This document shows, piece by piece, positions 41,381-52,255 of a stretch of 64,000 bases of DNA. How positions within the stretch are numbered: the first letter of the stretch is position 1; each line of letters opens with the position of its first letter. The DNA lies in assembly GCA_947653235.1 (NCBI GenBank), contig CANTGH010000002.1, positions 11,155-75,154 of the forward strand, written 5' to 3'. The position numbers and the translations under genes are program-made. Under the pieces are notes generated by a model, which made no database searches, was not told where the DNA came from, and saw only the letters and a list, made by a program, of their open reading frames with translations. Source of the stretch: an uncultured Clostridium sp. (GTDB lineage: Bacteria > Bacillota > Clostridia > TANB77 > CAG-508).

Positions 41381-42798
41381 AAGAATTTTTTAAAAAATTG
41401 ATAGGCTTTTCAATTGGACCTATTGCAGGAGCTATGATTAGTTTTATAACGATTCCAGTTACTTCACATCTAGTTTCAGCAGATCAGTTTGGACTAACCA
41501 ATATGTATACATTGGCTACCAATATAATTACATTGATCGTTATTTTAGGAATAGATCAAGCTTTTGTAAGACAATATAACGAAACCAAAGATAAAAAAAA
41601 GTTATTATTGAATAGTTTATTAATTCCTTTAATAGCAACGATAATTATTGGTATAATCCTTATTATATTTAAGAAAGAAGTTTCTTATTTATTATTTGAA
41701 AATGATAGTTTGATAGTACCAATTATATTATTGGCACTATCAATGCCGTTATTTATTATAGAAAGATTTATGTTGTTGTCGATTCGAATGCAAGAAAAGG
41801 CTTTTGAGTATTCTGCTTGGAATATCATTTCTAAAGTATTAAATTTGATATTTGTCATGTTATTTTTATTGTTTTACAAAAGAAATTTTGAATCGATTGT
41901 GTATGCCAATATTTTATCGCAATCCATGGTTAGTATATTACTAATGATTATGTTTAGAAGAAATATAGAAATATCAATAAAAAATATAGATAAGCAGTTA
42001 ATGACAAGTTTAATAAAGTTTGGTTTACCCCTAGTTCCAGCGACGATCATTGGTTGGGGATTAAATTCTATGGATAGTATTTTTTTACGAACAATGAGTA
42101 CTTATACAGAATTAGGATATTATACAGTTTCATTAAAAGTTTCTAATGTTTTAGGATTATTGCAAACAAGTTTTGCCACTTTTTGGAGTCCAATGGCATT
42201 TAAATGGAAAGCCAATCATGAAAAAAGAGAAAAATTTCAATTAGTGATGGATGGTGTTGGATTTGTAATGAGTATAGTTTTAATGTTGATTTTATTATTG
42301 AAAGATCTAATACCCATTGTATTTGGAAAAGATTATAACCATGTGGTTTATATAATACCATTTCTGCTATTTTATCCCATTTTTTATACGATGAGTGAAA
42401 CAACCGTTATGGGAATTTACTTTTCGAAAAAAACAGGGTATAATATAGTTGTTTCAATATTGTCTATTATAGTAAATCTATTTTTAAACTTTTTACTTGT
42501 TCCTCGCTATGAAGCAATTGGTGCTGCTATTGCAACAGGAATATCTTATATCGTTTTCTTTTGGGTACGAACCTTATTGTCAAGAAAATTATGGTTTGCA
42601 TTTCAAATTAGAAAATTTGTAATAATAACCATTATATTATTTGGAATTTCCCTTAGCAATTGTATGATTAGAAATACAATTGCAATAACAATTCTGAACA
42701 GTATTAGTTTAGTGTTAATTATTTTTGTGTATAAAAATATAGTTAATATGTTACTTCAATTTAGAAATAAGATGAAGGAAAAAGACGTTGTTTCATAG
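41377..42798 (+). CDS. wzx: Polysaccharide flippase (Wzx / MOP superfamily)
   Basis: About 14 TM helices, 473 aa. Confidence 0.65.
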   Translation: MKEFFKKLIGFSIGPIAGAMISFITIPVTSHLVSADQFGLTNMYTLATNIITLIVILGIDQAFVRQYNETKDKKKLLLNSLLIPLIATIIIGIILIIFKKEVSYLLFENDSLIVPIILLALSMPLFIIERFMLLSIRMQEKAFEYSAWNIISKVLNLIFVMLFLLFYKRNFESIVYANILSQSMVSILLMIMFRRNIEISIKNIDKQLMTSLIKFGLPLVPATIIGWGLNSMDSIFLRTMSTYTELGYYTVSLKVSNVLGLLQTSFATFWSPMAFKWKANHEKREKFQLVMDGVGFVMSIVLMLILLLKDLIPIVFGKDYNHVVYIIPFLLFYPIFYTMSETTVMGIYFSKKTGYNIVVSILSIIVNLFLNFLLVPRYEAIGAAIATGISYIVFFWVRTLLSRKLWFAFQIRKFVIITIILFGISLSNCMIRNTIAITILNSISLVLIIFVYKNIVNMLLQFRNKMKEKDVVS

Positions 42799-43066
42799 AT
42801 ATAGCTTAGAAAATTAAAAAAAGAGTATCACCATCAAAGAGCAAACAGAATGGAGAGAAACATTGCAAAATGGCTATAATATTTTAACAAAACCAATCGA
42901 ACAAGAATTATTAAACAAAATAATAAATGCAAAAATAGTTGACAATAGAAACAAAATTGATTATTATGGAAAAGGAAATGCTGCAGAAAAAATAAACAGA
43001 ATATATCTTAACTTGATAAAATAATGAAGCTTCAAAAAACAAATTCAACCAAACAAAGGAGAAAAA

Positions 43067-44095
43067 ATGATGATTTTAAAAATATTATTATCACTATTTA
43101 TATTAATAGTAATTCCAACCATACTAGGTTTATTTTTCATCAAAGAAAAAAACAACATTTTCCTAGCATTTGTAGCAGGTTACTTATTAGAATTTGCTAC
43201 CTTTGAGCTAATCTATATCCCCATATATTTTGCCCGATTACCTTTTCAAACACTTGTATATGCTTGGTCAGCAACCATAGCTATTTTAGCTATCCTTTCA
43301 CTCATCGTTAATCGAAAAAAAGGAAAAAAAATTGTAAAATCAATGTTAAAAATAATAAAAACAACCCCTAAAATGCTGACCATTATTTTTTGTATCTTTT
43401 TGATCTTACAAGTATTAGTACCTGTAATCTATAGGCAAAATGTTGATCCAGACGATGCTTTTTATTTAGCCACCATAACAACAACCTTAGAAACCGACTC
43501 ATTATTCCAATACAATGCCTATGATGGAAGTGAATATACACAGATGCCATTAAGATATAGCTTATCAGGTTTATGCATTTATTTTGCTACGTTATCCCAA
43601 ATTTTAGACATTCATCCAGCTATTTTAACACATTCTGTTTGGCCAGTTATAGTTATTCCACTAGAATATATGATATATGGCTTATTAGGAGCAAAAATAT
43701 TTAAAAAAGACAAAGAAAAAGTACTTTATTTTCTCATCTTTTTGTCCATGCTTCATATATTTGGATTTATCTCTATTTATGTCAATTTTTCGTTTTTTGC
43801 GTATCGAAGTTGGCAGGGAAAAGCACTTATTGGAAATTTAATCATTCCAATGGTTTGGTTATGTTATCTTTACAGCACACAAGAAAATCGATTCATGGAT
43901 TGGCTTTTATTATTTTGCACTATGATTGCAGCATGCTTTGTAACTGAAATGGGGGTATTTTTAACACCATTTATCTTAGGAATTTTAGCCATCTTAGAAT
44001 TTGCCCAAAATAGAAAATTTACAAATTTCCTAAAATTTGGAGTTTGTTGCTTGCCACAATGCATCATAGGTATTTTATATATAGTATTAAGTTAA
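43067..44095 (+). CDS. Polytopic membrane protein of unknown function in the polysaccharide locus
   Basis: 342 aa, hydrophobic throughout. Confidence 0.4.
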   Translation: MMILKILLSLFILIVIPTILGLFFIKEKNNIFLAFVAGYLLEFATFELIYIPIYFARLPFQTLVYAWSATIAILAILSLIVNRKKGKKIVKSMLKIIKTTPKMLTIIFCIFLILQVLVPVIYRQNVDPDDAFYLATITTTLETDSLFQYNAYDGSEYTQMPLRYSLSGLCIYFATLSQILDIHPAILTHSVWPVIVIPLEYMIYGLLGAKIFKKDKEKVLYFLIFLSMLHIFGFISIYVNFSFFAYRSWQGKALIGNLIIPMVWLCYLYSTQENRFMDWLLLFCTMIAACFVTEMGVFLTPFILGILAILEFAQNRKFTNFLKFGVCCLPQCIIGILYIVLS

Positions 44096-44112
44096 TAAGG
44101 AGACAAAAGAAA

Positions 44113-45714
44113 ATGAGTGAATATATAGAAATTATCAAAAATGCTTTTTTGAATTATTATGCCGATCAAAAATATTTTATCATATTTTTAGTGGCATTAG
44201 TGGCTGTATTTGTTTATGAAAAACGAATACAAACTAAAAATTTATTATTATATTTTCCATTAATTGCTTTTATTGTATTATTCAATCCTATGTTTGTTTA
44301 TGGATTATCGCATTTTATTTCAGAAAACATATATTATCGATTTTTTTGGACCATTCCATTAGGCATTGTAATAGCCTATTTAGGCGTTGTATTAGTGGCC
44401 AGAATGGATAAAAAGTTGACTAAAAATGTAGCTGCCATTTTGTTTATTTTACTGATTGTTTATAGTGGAAAATTCATGTATGTTGACGAAACTTTTGTAC
44501 CAGTAAGCAACTGGTACAAACTCCCAGACGAATATGTACAAATTACCCAAATGTTATCCGATGTTCCCATTCAAGATAAAAAAGCCATGACTTCCACTGA
44601 CATGATTGGCTACATCAGACAACTAGATGCCAGTATCAAACTTGCTTATTCAAGAGTGATTTATGAAGAGTATGAAAAAAGATATCCGATTGTCAAATAT
44701 TATAATCAAGGAGATGTAAAAAACTTAGTAGAAATTTGTCAGCAACAAAACATAAATATTATCATTTATGACAAAAACATTTCACTTTCACAGCCCTTAT
44801 CCGATTATGGCTATCACTTATATAATCAAACAGAAAATTATGATATTTATACTTTAGGAGAAACTAAAGTATCTGAAATGAACATCGATGAAGAAACTAT
44901 TAAAATAGAAGGAATTCAAGGAAATTATAGGTTATGCTTCATCAATGATTTACATATCATTGTTCCAGACGATGAGGTAAAGGAAGAAAATAAGCAAATC
45001 GTACAACAAAGATATAACGATTTATTCAAAACAGCAGCAGGAGAAGCTTCTTTACAACTATGGAAAAGAATACCTTCTCAAATCAATGCATTAGAATCGG
45101 ATTTGGTTATATTGGGAGGCGATATGTTAGATTATATATCTAGTTCCAATATAGCAGCTCTTCAAGAAGGCATGCAAGAAATTAAGCAGGAAAAAATATA
45201 CTTAAGAGCAGACCATGACTATGGAACTCATTATAATCCAGAATTAACCAAAGAATATGTGACAAGTCTTCATAAAACAATTGATGAAAATTTAGGAATT
45301 TACTATCAAGATTTAGGCGAAATCATCGTCGTGGGAATCGATAATAATACTGCCCTAATAACAACAGAAGTCCTATCTTCGGTAAAAGAAATTTTTGCCA
45401 TGAATAAGCCAGTTATATTAGCACTTCATGTTCCATTAAACCCTAAAATGGATGACACATTAGCCCAAATGTCAGAACAAGTTTGGCAAGAAACAAACTT
45501 AACTTGGGATAAAGAAGGAACGGCTTATACAGCAGACACCAATACAGCAGAGTTTCTAGATTTAATTTATTCTGAAAATAGTCCCGTCAAAGCAGTCTTA
45601 GCAGGACATATGCATTTTAAAAATACCAGTCAATTAACAGAAAATATAACCCAATATGTATTTGATGCTACCTACAAAGGAAGTATTGGTATTCTCAATA
45701 TTCAAGGAAACTAA
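44113..45714 (+). CDS. Membrane-anchored calcineurin-like metallophosphoesterase
   Basis: N-terminal TM helices followed by GDMLDY, ADHDYG and GHMHF metallophosphoesterase motifs. GGAGA RBS. Confidence 0.6.
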   Translation: MSEYIEIIKNAFLNYYADQKYFIIFLVALVAVFVYEKRIQTKNLLLYFPLIAFIVLFNPMFVYGLSHFISENIYYRFFWTIPLGIVIAYLGVVLVARMDKKLTKNVAAILFILLIVYSGKFMYVDETFVPVSNWYKLPDEYVQITQMLSDVPIQDKKAMTSTDMIGYIRQLDASIKLAYSRVIYEEYEKRYPIVKYYNQGDVKNLVEICQQQNINIIIYDKNISLSQPLSDYGYHLYNQTENYDIYTLGETKVSEMNIDEETIKIEGIQGNYRLCFINDLHIIVPDDEVKEENKQIVQQRYNDLFKTAAGEASLQLWKRIPSQINALESDLVILGGDMLDYISSSNIAALQEGMQEIKQEKIYLRADHDYGTHYNPELTKEYVTSLHKTIDENLGIYYQDLGEIIVVGIDNNTALITTEVLSSVKEIFAMNKPVILALHVPLNPKMDDTLAQMSEQVWQETNLTWDKEGTAYTADTNTAEFLDLIYSENSPVKAVLAGHMHFKNTSQLTENITQYVFDATYKGSIGILNIQGN

Positions 45715-45881
45715 AAAACGAAAAATGTCCATTAAACGACTTTTTGCAATAAATGACAAAAATTGAAACAAAAAGCCTCCAAAATGCATTTTTGGAGGCT
45801 CTATAAAAGCACTTTGCGAAAATCAAAAAATAACTATTGACGAACGCCTAAAATTATGTTATAAATAAATAGCAAAGAAAT

Positions 45882-45956
45882 GGCCCCTTGGTCAAGCGGT
45901 TAAGACGCCACCCTCTCAAGGTGGAATCATGGGTTCGATTCCCGTAGGGGTCACCA
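45882..45956 (+). tRNA. tRNA-Glu (anticodon CUC)
   Basis: Near-identical scaffold to B. subtilis tRNA-Glu but with anticodon loop CTCTCAA. A terminator hairpin follows at about 45960-45992. Confidence 0.8.
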
Positions 45957-46086
45957 AAAAAGAATCACTTTTGTGATTCTTTTTCTTATCAAAAATTTTT
46001 CAAAAAAATCCGAACAAATGTATTGACAAAAAATAAAAATCTGATATAATACATTTAACGAACATATTTTTGGTAGGAGGTAACAT

Positions 46087-47709
46087 ATGATTGATTTATT
46101 ACACATAAAAAATATAGGAATTATCGATGATTTATGCATCAACTTAAAAGAAGGTTTCAATGTTTTAACAGGTGAAACAGGAGCTGGGAAAACGCTAATC
46201 ATTGGTGCCTTAAAAATTTTATCAGGAGGCAGATTTTCCCAAGAAATGATGCGTACAGGCAGTCATCATTCCTATGTAGAAATGTCTCTAGATTTACCAC
46301 AATGGGAAGAAAATGTCATTGTCTCAAGAGAAATTAACAACAGCGGAAAAAATATATGCAAAATCAATGGAAGATTAGTCACTGTTAGTGAGCTAAAAGA
46401 TTTCATGAAACCCATCATCGATATTCATGGTCAAAACGATAATCAATCCATTTTAGATTTAAATCAGCATATTCAATTATTGGATGGTTATGCGGAAGAA
46501 GAAATCGGAAATTACAAAAAAGAATATAATAATCTATATGTTCAATATATAAAGTTAAAAAAAGAATTAAGTCTAAATTATGGTGATGATTTAGAAAAAC
46601 AAAGAAAATTAGATTTGCTTAATTATCAGTACAATGAAATTCAACAAGCCAATTTAAAAGAAGAAGAGGAAGAAGAATTAGAAGAAAAAAGAAAACGAAT
46701 GTTAGCCTCTGAAAAGATTGCAATGAATTTAAAAGAGGCACAAGCCGAAATTGACAACCATTCCATCGATAGTTTAAACAATGCCATAAGAGCACTTGAA
46801 AAAATCCAAACCTATCGTCCAAGCTATGCAGAGCTTGTCACAAGGCTAAAAGATTCTTATTATGAAGTTCAAGAAGTCTCCAGAGATTTATCCATCGAAG
46901 ATGTCTATTTTGATCAAGAAGAACAAAACATCATCGAAGAAAGACTAAATTGTATTCACGCCCTAAAAAGAAAATATGGTAATACAATTACGCAAATATT
47001 AGAATACCAAAGCAAAATCGAAAAAGAAATTTTTGACATTACCAATCTAGAAACCTATATTTCAGAATTAAAAGAAAAATTATCCAATTTAGAAAATGAA
47101 ATGCTAACCATCAGTAAAAAAATGAATGAAATTCGTTTGCAATATGCCAAGCAACTATCTCAAGAAATAACCCAAGAACTCAAAGAATTAGAAATGAAAA
47201 ATGCGATATTTGAAGTAAAAGTAGAATGGTTATCAGAGGAAAACTTTCATCCAAATGGCTTAAACAAAGTAGAATTTTTAATTTCTACCAATCAAGGAGA
47301 TGAGAAAAAATCACTCATCAAAATTGCTTCAGGAGGCGAAATGTCAAGAGTAATGTTGGCGATAAAAACGGTATTGGCCGATGTAGACCAAACACCAATT
47401 TTAGTATTTGACGAAATTGATACAGGAATGAGTGGAATGGCAGCCAATAGCACAGGCGAAAAAATGAAAAAAATTGCCAAACATCATCAAGTTATTTGTA
47501 TCACACATCTAGCCACAATTGCGGCCAAAGGAGATTCCAATTATTATATTTTCAAAAGCAACGAAGGAAATATAACGAAAACGCATATCAACGAGTTAAA
47601 TGAAGAACAAACCATTCGCGAAATTGCCAGAATTGCCAATGGTGAAATCACTAAAACATCTCTTCAAAATGCTAAAGAAATGCGAAAAATTTCACAAAAG
47701 ATTGCCTAA
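46087..47709 (+). CDS. recN: DNA repair protein RecN
   Basis: Walker A GETGAGKT, long coiled coil, C-terminal SMC-like signature. Confidence 0.85.
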   Translation: MIDLLHIKNIGIIDDLCINLKEGFNVLTGETGAGKTLIIGALKILSGGRFSQEMMRTGSHHSYVEMSLDLPQWEENVIVSREINNSGKNICKINGRLVTVSELKDFMKPIIDIHGQNDNQSILDLNQHIQLLDGYAEEEIGNYKKEYNNLYVQYIKLKKELSLNYGDDLEKQRKLDLLNYQYNEIQQANLKEEEEEELEEKRKRMLASEKIAMNLKEAQAEIDNHSIDSLNNAIRALEKIQTYRPSYAELVTRLKDSYYEVQEVSRDLSIEDVYFDQEEQNIIEERLNCIHALKRKYGNTITQILEYQSKIEKEIFDITNLETYISELKEKLSNLENEMLTISKKMNEIRLQYAKQLSQEITQELKELEMKNAIFEVKVEWLSEENFHPNGLNKVEFLISTNQGDEKKSLIKIASGGEMSRVMLAIKTVLADVDQTPILVFDEIDTGMSGMAANSTGEKMKKIAKHHQVICITHLATIAAKGDSNYYIFKSNEGNITKTHINELNEEQTIREIARIANGEITKTSLQNAKEMRKISQKIA

Positions 47710-47818
47710 CATTTTGGAACAAAAAAACAAGAAAAAAAGACAAAACAATAAACGATTTCAGTTGTCAAGTAAAAATTGACAACTGAAATTGCCAAAAAGA
47801 CAACAAAAAAGGAGAAAT

Positions 47819-48555
47819 ATGAGAAACATTAAATTAACCATTGAATATGATGGAAAGGGGTTTAACGGTTGGCAAAAACAACCAGACAAATTAAATATCC
47901 AAGGCGAAATTGAAAAAGCCATTAGCACCATAACGGGAGAAAAAATTGAATTAATTGGTTCTGGCAGAACTGATAGACGGTGTACATAGTTTAGGGCAAG
48001 TGGCTAATTTTAAAACCAATAGCCAAATTCCAATTGAAAAGGTACCATTTGCCATTAATTCCCAATTAAAAAAAAGTATTCGCATTAAAAAAGCAGAGGA
48101 AGTAGAAGAACGTTTTCATAGTCGCTATTCGGTGCATAGCAAAAAATATCGTTATATCATCCATAATTCGTCAACTGGAACCGCACTGTATCGTGAATTA
48201 GAATATCAATTTCCCATTCCATTGAATGTGGAAAGAATGCAAAAAGCAGCCCAATATTTTGTAGGAGAGCATGATTTTGCAAGTTTTAAAGCAAGTCGGA
48301 ACCAGTAGTAAAAACAGTATCCGAAAAATTTTTAAGGCAGAAGTTTTCCAAAAAGAAGATACAATATGGATTGAGTTAACAGGAAATGGTTTTTTGTATA
48401 ATATGGTGAGAATTATAGCAGGAACATTGTTAGAAGTAGGGCTTGGAAAAATCAAACCAGAGGAAATTCCCAAAATCATAGAAAGTAAGGATCGAAAAAA
48501 AGCAGGAAAAACATTGCCAGCAGTTGGACTGTATTTGGTAGAAGTAATGTACTAA
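47819..48555 (+). CDS. truA: tRNA pseudouridine(38-40) synthase TruA. Three ORF pieces are joined by two +1 shifts at in-frame CGG 47978-47980 and 48297-48299.
   Basis: After the two skips: GSGRTDR-G-VHSLGQVANF (catalytic Asp region) ... HDFASFKAS-G-TSSKNSIRKIF ... canonical TruA C-terminus. Confidence 0.8.
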
Positions 48556-48631
48556 AAAATAAATAATCACGAAACCCAAAAAAATCGAATATTATATTAC
48601 AAAAGGAATTATAAATGGGGAGGGAAAGGAT

Positions 48632-49130
48632 ATGGACCTATTAATTACTTTTGTAATACCGATATTGGTTATCATTGTTGCTGCCATTTTACAAACATTA
48701 TTAAATTGTCCATTTAAAGTAGCAGGAATTATTTTTGTCATAGCGATTATTGTAGCTCTTGTATTACGGTGGCACTATCGTTTTAATTGCTTTGGCTTGG
48801 GTATATACAGTATTAGCTTTTATTACAGCATTTATTGTTTGTAAATTTTTCAAATGGGAATGTAGATCGAACAATAATTGCATGTGTTGTAGTAACAACA
48901 ATAATACAGTAAACACAAACATAGGTAATAACAATAGTGGTAATAATAACACAGGCAATAACAATAGTGGCAATAATAATACAGGCAATAATAATAGTGG
49001 TAATAATAACATAGGCGATAACAATACAGGAAACAACAATACAGGGAATAACAACACAGGAAATAACAATGGCAATAGCAATACAAACAACAATACAAAT
49101 AGATGTTGTTGCAGATGCAGAAGAGGATAA
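48632..49130 (+). CDS. Small three-TM membrane protein with an Asn-rich GNNN(S/T) pentapeptide-repeat tail and Cys-rich flanks. Two ORF pieces are joined by a +1 shift at in-frame CGG 48767-48769.
   Basis: GGAGGG RBS. Skipping C48767 gives ...IVALVL-G-GTIVLIALAWVYTVLAF...CRSNNNCMCCSNNNN(GNNNS/T)x~11...RCCCRCRRG. Confidence 0.5.
48921..49100 (+). repeat. 15-bp tandem repeat (about 12 units) encoding GNNN(S/T)
   Basis: ggtaataacaatagt / ggcaataataataca units visible in sequence. Confidence 0.8.
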
Positions 49131-49301
49131 AATGAAAAGGGGCTGTAAAAAAACTCAATATATTGCGTGAAAATTTGGGGCAATGCTCAAAATTTCACTC
49201 GCATTTCTTGGAAGGGCTAGAGTTTTTATAGCTCTTTTTTTTAGAATTTTTGTATAAAAAAACCACAAATTGCCAAAATAACTTACGAGGTGATTGAATA
49301 A

Positions 49302-50231
49302 ATGGATTTTAGAACTGATATGGCAGTCGAAAGACGAGATTTATATCGAAAAGCAAATAACATTGAAAATGAGATTGATGGAATTGAAAGTAATGAAGAA
49401 GAAATCGAAGATATAAGGATTACAAGGGTACAGATTACCAATGCACAAGGAGAAAAAGCTTTGCAAAAACCAATGGGAAATTATATTACCATTGATGTCA
49501 AAAAAATTAACAACATTGCTCCTGAAAAAGAAGATAAGATTGTAGAAGTGATTTCTCAAGAATTGTCAAAGATTGTGGATAAGCATATTCAAAAGCAAGA
49601 AGAAATTATGATTGTTGGACTTGGAAATTTGTATTCTACACCAGATAGCTTAGGTTCTCGTGTGGTAAATGAAGTCGAGATTACAAGACATATTAAAATT
49701 TATTTACCACAATATATTGATGCAAACACAAGAGCAATTTCAGCCATTTCTCCAGGTGTTTTAGGGACAACGGGAATTGAAAGTGCTGAAATTATACGAG
49801 GAATTGTGGACAAAATACAACCTAAAATGATTTTAGCAATTGACAGTTTATGTTCTAAAAATGTAAGTCGAATCAATAAATCTATTCAGATTTCAGATAC
49901 AGGAATTGTACCAGGTGGTGGAGTTGGGAACAGCAGAGATGAATTATCAGAAAAAACACTTGGTATACCAGTTATTGCACTTGGTGTTCCAACTGTTGTA
50001 GAAATGGCGTCTATTACCAATGATTGTTTGGATTTATTTATTGAAGACTTGCAAAAAAAAGCAGAATCCAATGATGTCTTAAATAAATTAAAAGACGAAG
50101 ACAATTATCAAAAAATCAAAGAGGCTTTAATTCCAAAAGATTACAATTTTATTGTAACACCAAAAGAAATCGATGAGTTAATCGATAGTATGAAAGATAT
50201 TCTATCCAGAGGAATTAACGAAGCGTTATAG
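49302..50231 (+). CDS. gpr: Germination (spore) protease Gpr
   Basis: MDFRTDMAVE N-terminus and GLGN...TPDSLG motifs of the A25 family. Confidence 0.8.
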   Translation: MDFRTDMAVERRDLYRKANNIENEIDGIESNEEEIEDIRITRVQITNAQGEKALQKPMGNYITIDVKKINNIAPEKEDKIVEVISQELSKIVDKHIQKQEEIMIVGLGNLYSTPDSLGSRVVNEVEITRHIKIYLPQYIDANTRAISAISPGVLGTTGIESAEIIRGIVDKIQPKMILAIDSLCSKNVSRINKSIQISDTGIVPGGGVGNSRDELSEKTLGIPVIALGVPTVVEMASITNDCLDLFIEDLQKKAESNDVLNKLKDEDNYQKIKEALIPKDYNFIVTPKEIDELIDSMKDILSRGINEAL

Positions 50232-50333
50232 ACAAAGCAGGGAGTCACATGAGAAATTTTTCTTGTGTGACTAACACCCATTTTTACTAAAATGAATATG
50301 ATACTATATAGTTCGAAATGAGGGAGAAAACAA

Positions 50334-50825
50334 GTGAAATCAATTTGCATAAAAACCAATAACCAAGAAATGATTGAATATGTCATTCATACGTTTGAAA
50401 AATTACCACTGAATGTATGTATTTCAAATTACAAATTCAAAATTTTTGATAACGTTATATTACATGATATGGAAAGAAATGAAGATGAATTTTGCGAAGT
50501 AGTTGCCATTGTTCTAAAAAGTGCAATTGAAAAATTTTATGAAAAAGAAATCATTCGAAAATGTATCAAGCAAAATTATTTTTACTTAAATGAAATGGAG
50601 CAAGATTACGTCTTTAAAATTAGTAACCAGATCATGAATTTACCAGATAATAAAATTGGTTACAAGAACAAATTATTGAAAAATCTTGTCAAACGATACA
50701 TTACAGAAAATAAATCTATTGTAATGGATGGGTTTATGAATTTTCGCACCAAAGAATACAAAGATTTGTTAGACAATATTGTAGAAGTATCGGTTGTAAG
50801 TTTTTTAGAATTGACATCTTTTTAA
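50334..50825 (+). CDS. Hypothetical protein, possibly a YtxC-like sporulation protein (short)
   Basis: GTG start after GAGGGAG. Position after gpr. Weak resemblance only. Confidence 0.3.
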   Translation: MKSICIKTNNQEMIEYVIHTFEKLPLNVCISNYKFKIFDNVILHDMERNEDEFCEVVAIVLKSAIEKFYEKEIIRKCIKQNYFYLNEMEQDYVFKISNQIMNLPDNKIGYKNKLLKNLVKRYITENKSIVMDGFMNFRTKEYKDLLDNIVEVSVVSFLELTSF

Positions 50826-50888
50826 AAATACTTTAAAATCACAAAATTATGTGTTATAATATAAATTTGTAAGAGGTATTTTTGAAAT

Positions 50889-51569
50889 ATGTCAATTTTT
50901 AGTATTAAATTAATCGCTTGTATAACAATGGTGTTGGATCACATCAAATATGCTATTCCGCAAACCAATCATTTCATAACTCAATATTTGGGAAGAATGG
51001 CTTTTCCATTATTTGCTTTTTTAGTTGGAGAAGGATATTGTCATACAAGCAATTTAAAAAAATATTATCAAAGATTAATTTTATTTGCCATCATTTCTCA
51101 ATTGCCTTTTATGTTATTTCGAACATTGGTTGGGCAATGGAAGATGCTCAATATCTTATTCACATTATTATTTGGATTAGTTGCTATTACGCTGTGGGAT
51201 AAATTAAGTAAAAAGAATGGTTTATCGATTCATGCATTAATTTTAATCATGATAGGGCTCCTTCTTTTTGGAAGAGTAATAAATGTAGATTACGGCTGGT
51301 ATGGCATATTAAGCGTCTTTGTTTTGTATAGATTACGAGATAAAAAAGTCATTCGAATCTTAGGGTTTGCGATTTTGACAGGAATTTACTATTATCCTCG
51401 CATATTGGTTAATGCTTCGCTTTCCAATTTTATATCGTATTTTTGTACGGTTTTACCAACTATTTTACTGCTATTCTACAACGGAAAATTAGGAAAAAAG
51501 ACAAAATATGGATACTATATTTTTTATCCAGCCCACATGTTATTGTTATATGCAATAAGCCTTATCTAA
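50889..51569 (+). CDS. TraX-family membrane protein
   Basis: N-terminus MSIFSIKLIACITMVLDHI is typical of TraX. Confidence 0.7.
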   Translation: MSIFSIKLIACITMVLDHIKYAIPQTNHFITQYLGRMAFPLFAFLVGEGYCHTSNLKKYYQRLILFAIISQLPFMLFRTLVGQWKMLNILFTLLFGLVAITLWDKLSKKNGLSIHALILIMIGLLLFGRVINVDYGWYGILSVFVLYRLRDKKVIRILGFAILTGIYYYPRILVNASLSNFISYFCTVLPTILLLFYNGKLGKKTKYGYYIFYPAHMLLLYAISLI

Positions 51570-51597
51570 AAAATAAAAACCATAAAGGAAATAAAAA

Positions 51598-52255
51598 ATG
51601 CAAGATTTAAAAATATTTTATGAAGACAATCATCTCATTGTAGTACAAAAACCTCATAACATTCCTTCGCAAGCTGACAAAACAGGAGATGAAGATATGC
51701 TAACCATAGTCAAAAACTATTTAAAACAAAAATACAACAAACCTGGACAAGTCTACCTCGGTTTAGTCCATCGATTAGATAGACCAACAGGCGGTATTAT
51801 GGTATTTGCCAAAACTTCAAAAGCAGCAGCCAGATTAAGTGAGCAAATTCGAAATAAAGAGATGAAAAAAAAATATCTAGCCACCTGTGATGGAAAACTG
51901 GAAAAATCACAAGACACTTGGCGTGACTTTTTGTTAAAAAAGGAAAGAACCAATACCAGCAAAACGGTACCAGAAGGTACGAAAAATGCCAAAGAAGCAA
52001 TTTTAGATTATAAAGTCATAAACTATCACGAAAAAAATAATTTATCCATTGTGAAAATCAATTTACATACCGGTAGACATCATCAAATCAGAGTTCAATT
52101 TTCCTCACGTGGACATAGCTTATATGGGGATCAAAAATATGGCACACGAGGAAAGCGGAAAACAACTAAGATTATGGGCGTATTATTTGAGTTTTAAACA
52201 TCCCATTACCAAAGAAAAAATGGAATTTGAAGATATTCCAACAATATTTTGTTAA
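51598..52255 (+). CDS. RluA-family pseudouridine synthase. The C-terminus is reached via a +1 shift at in-frame CGG 52156-52158.
   Basis: HRLDRPTGGIMVFAKT catalytic motif. Skipping C52156 gives YGTRGK-G-KQLRLWAYYLSFKHPITKEKMEFEDIP, the canonical end. Confidence 0.75.

Noticed and set aside
43067-45714. Fusing the overlapping ORFs at 43067 and 44044 into one frameshifted gene
   Set aside because: There is no CGG or indel signature in the overlap. The second protein has its own GGAGA RBS and ATG at 44113, and the two domains are unrelated.
47978-48299. -1 frameshift or transcriptional slippage as the explanation for the split genes
   Set aside because: The sites are not homopolymeric or slippery heptamers. 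All require a +1 shift at the same codon, CGG.
48921-49100. CRISPR array suggested by the periodic 15-bp repeats
   Set aside because: The repeats are contiguous with no spacers and they encode GNNN(S/T) in-frame. This is a coding tandem repeat.
48764-49183. Minus-strand ORFs (139 aa Leu/Pro-rich and 102 aa Tyr/Cys-rich) across the repeat
   Set aside because: They are antisense shadow ORFs generated by the repetitive AT-rich coding repeat. They have no RBS, and the plus-strand gene has a GGAGGG RBS.
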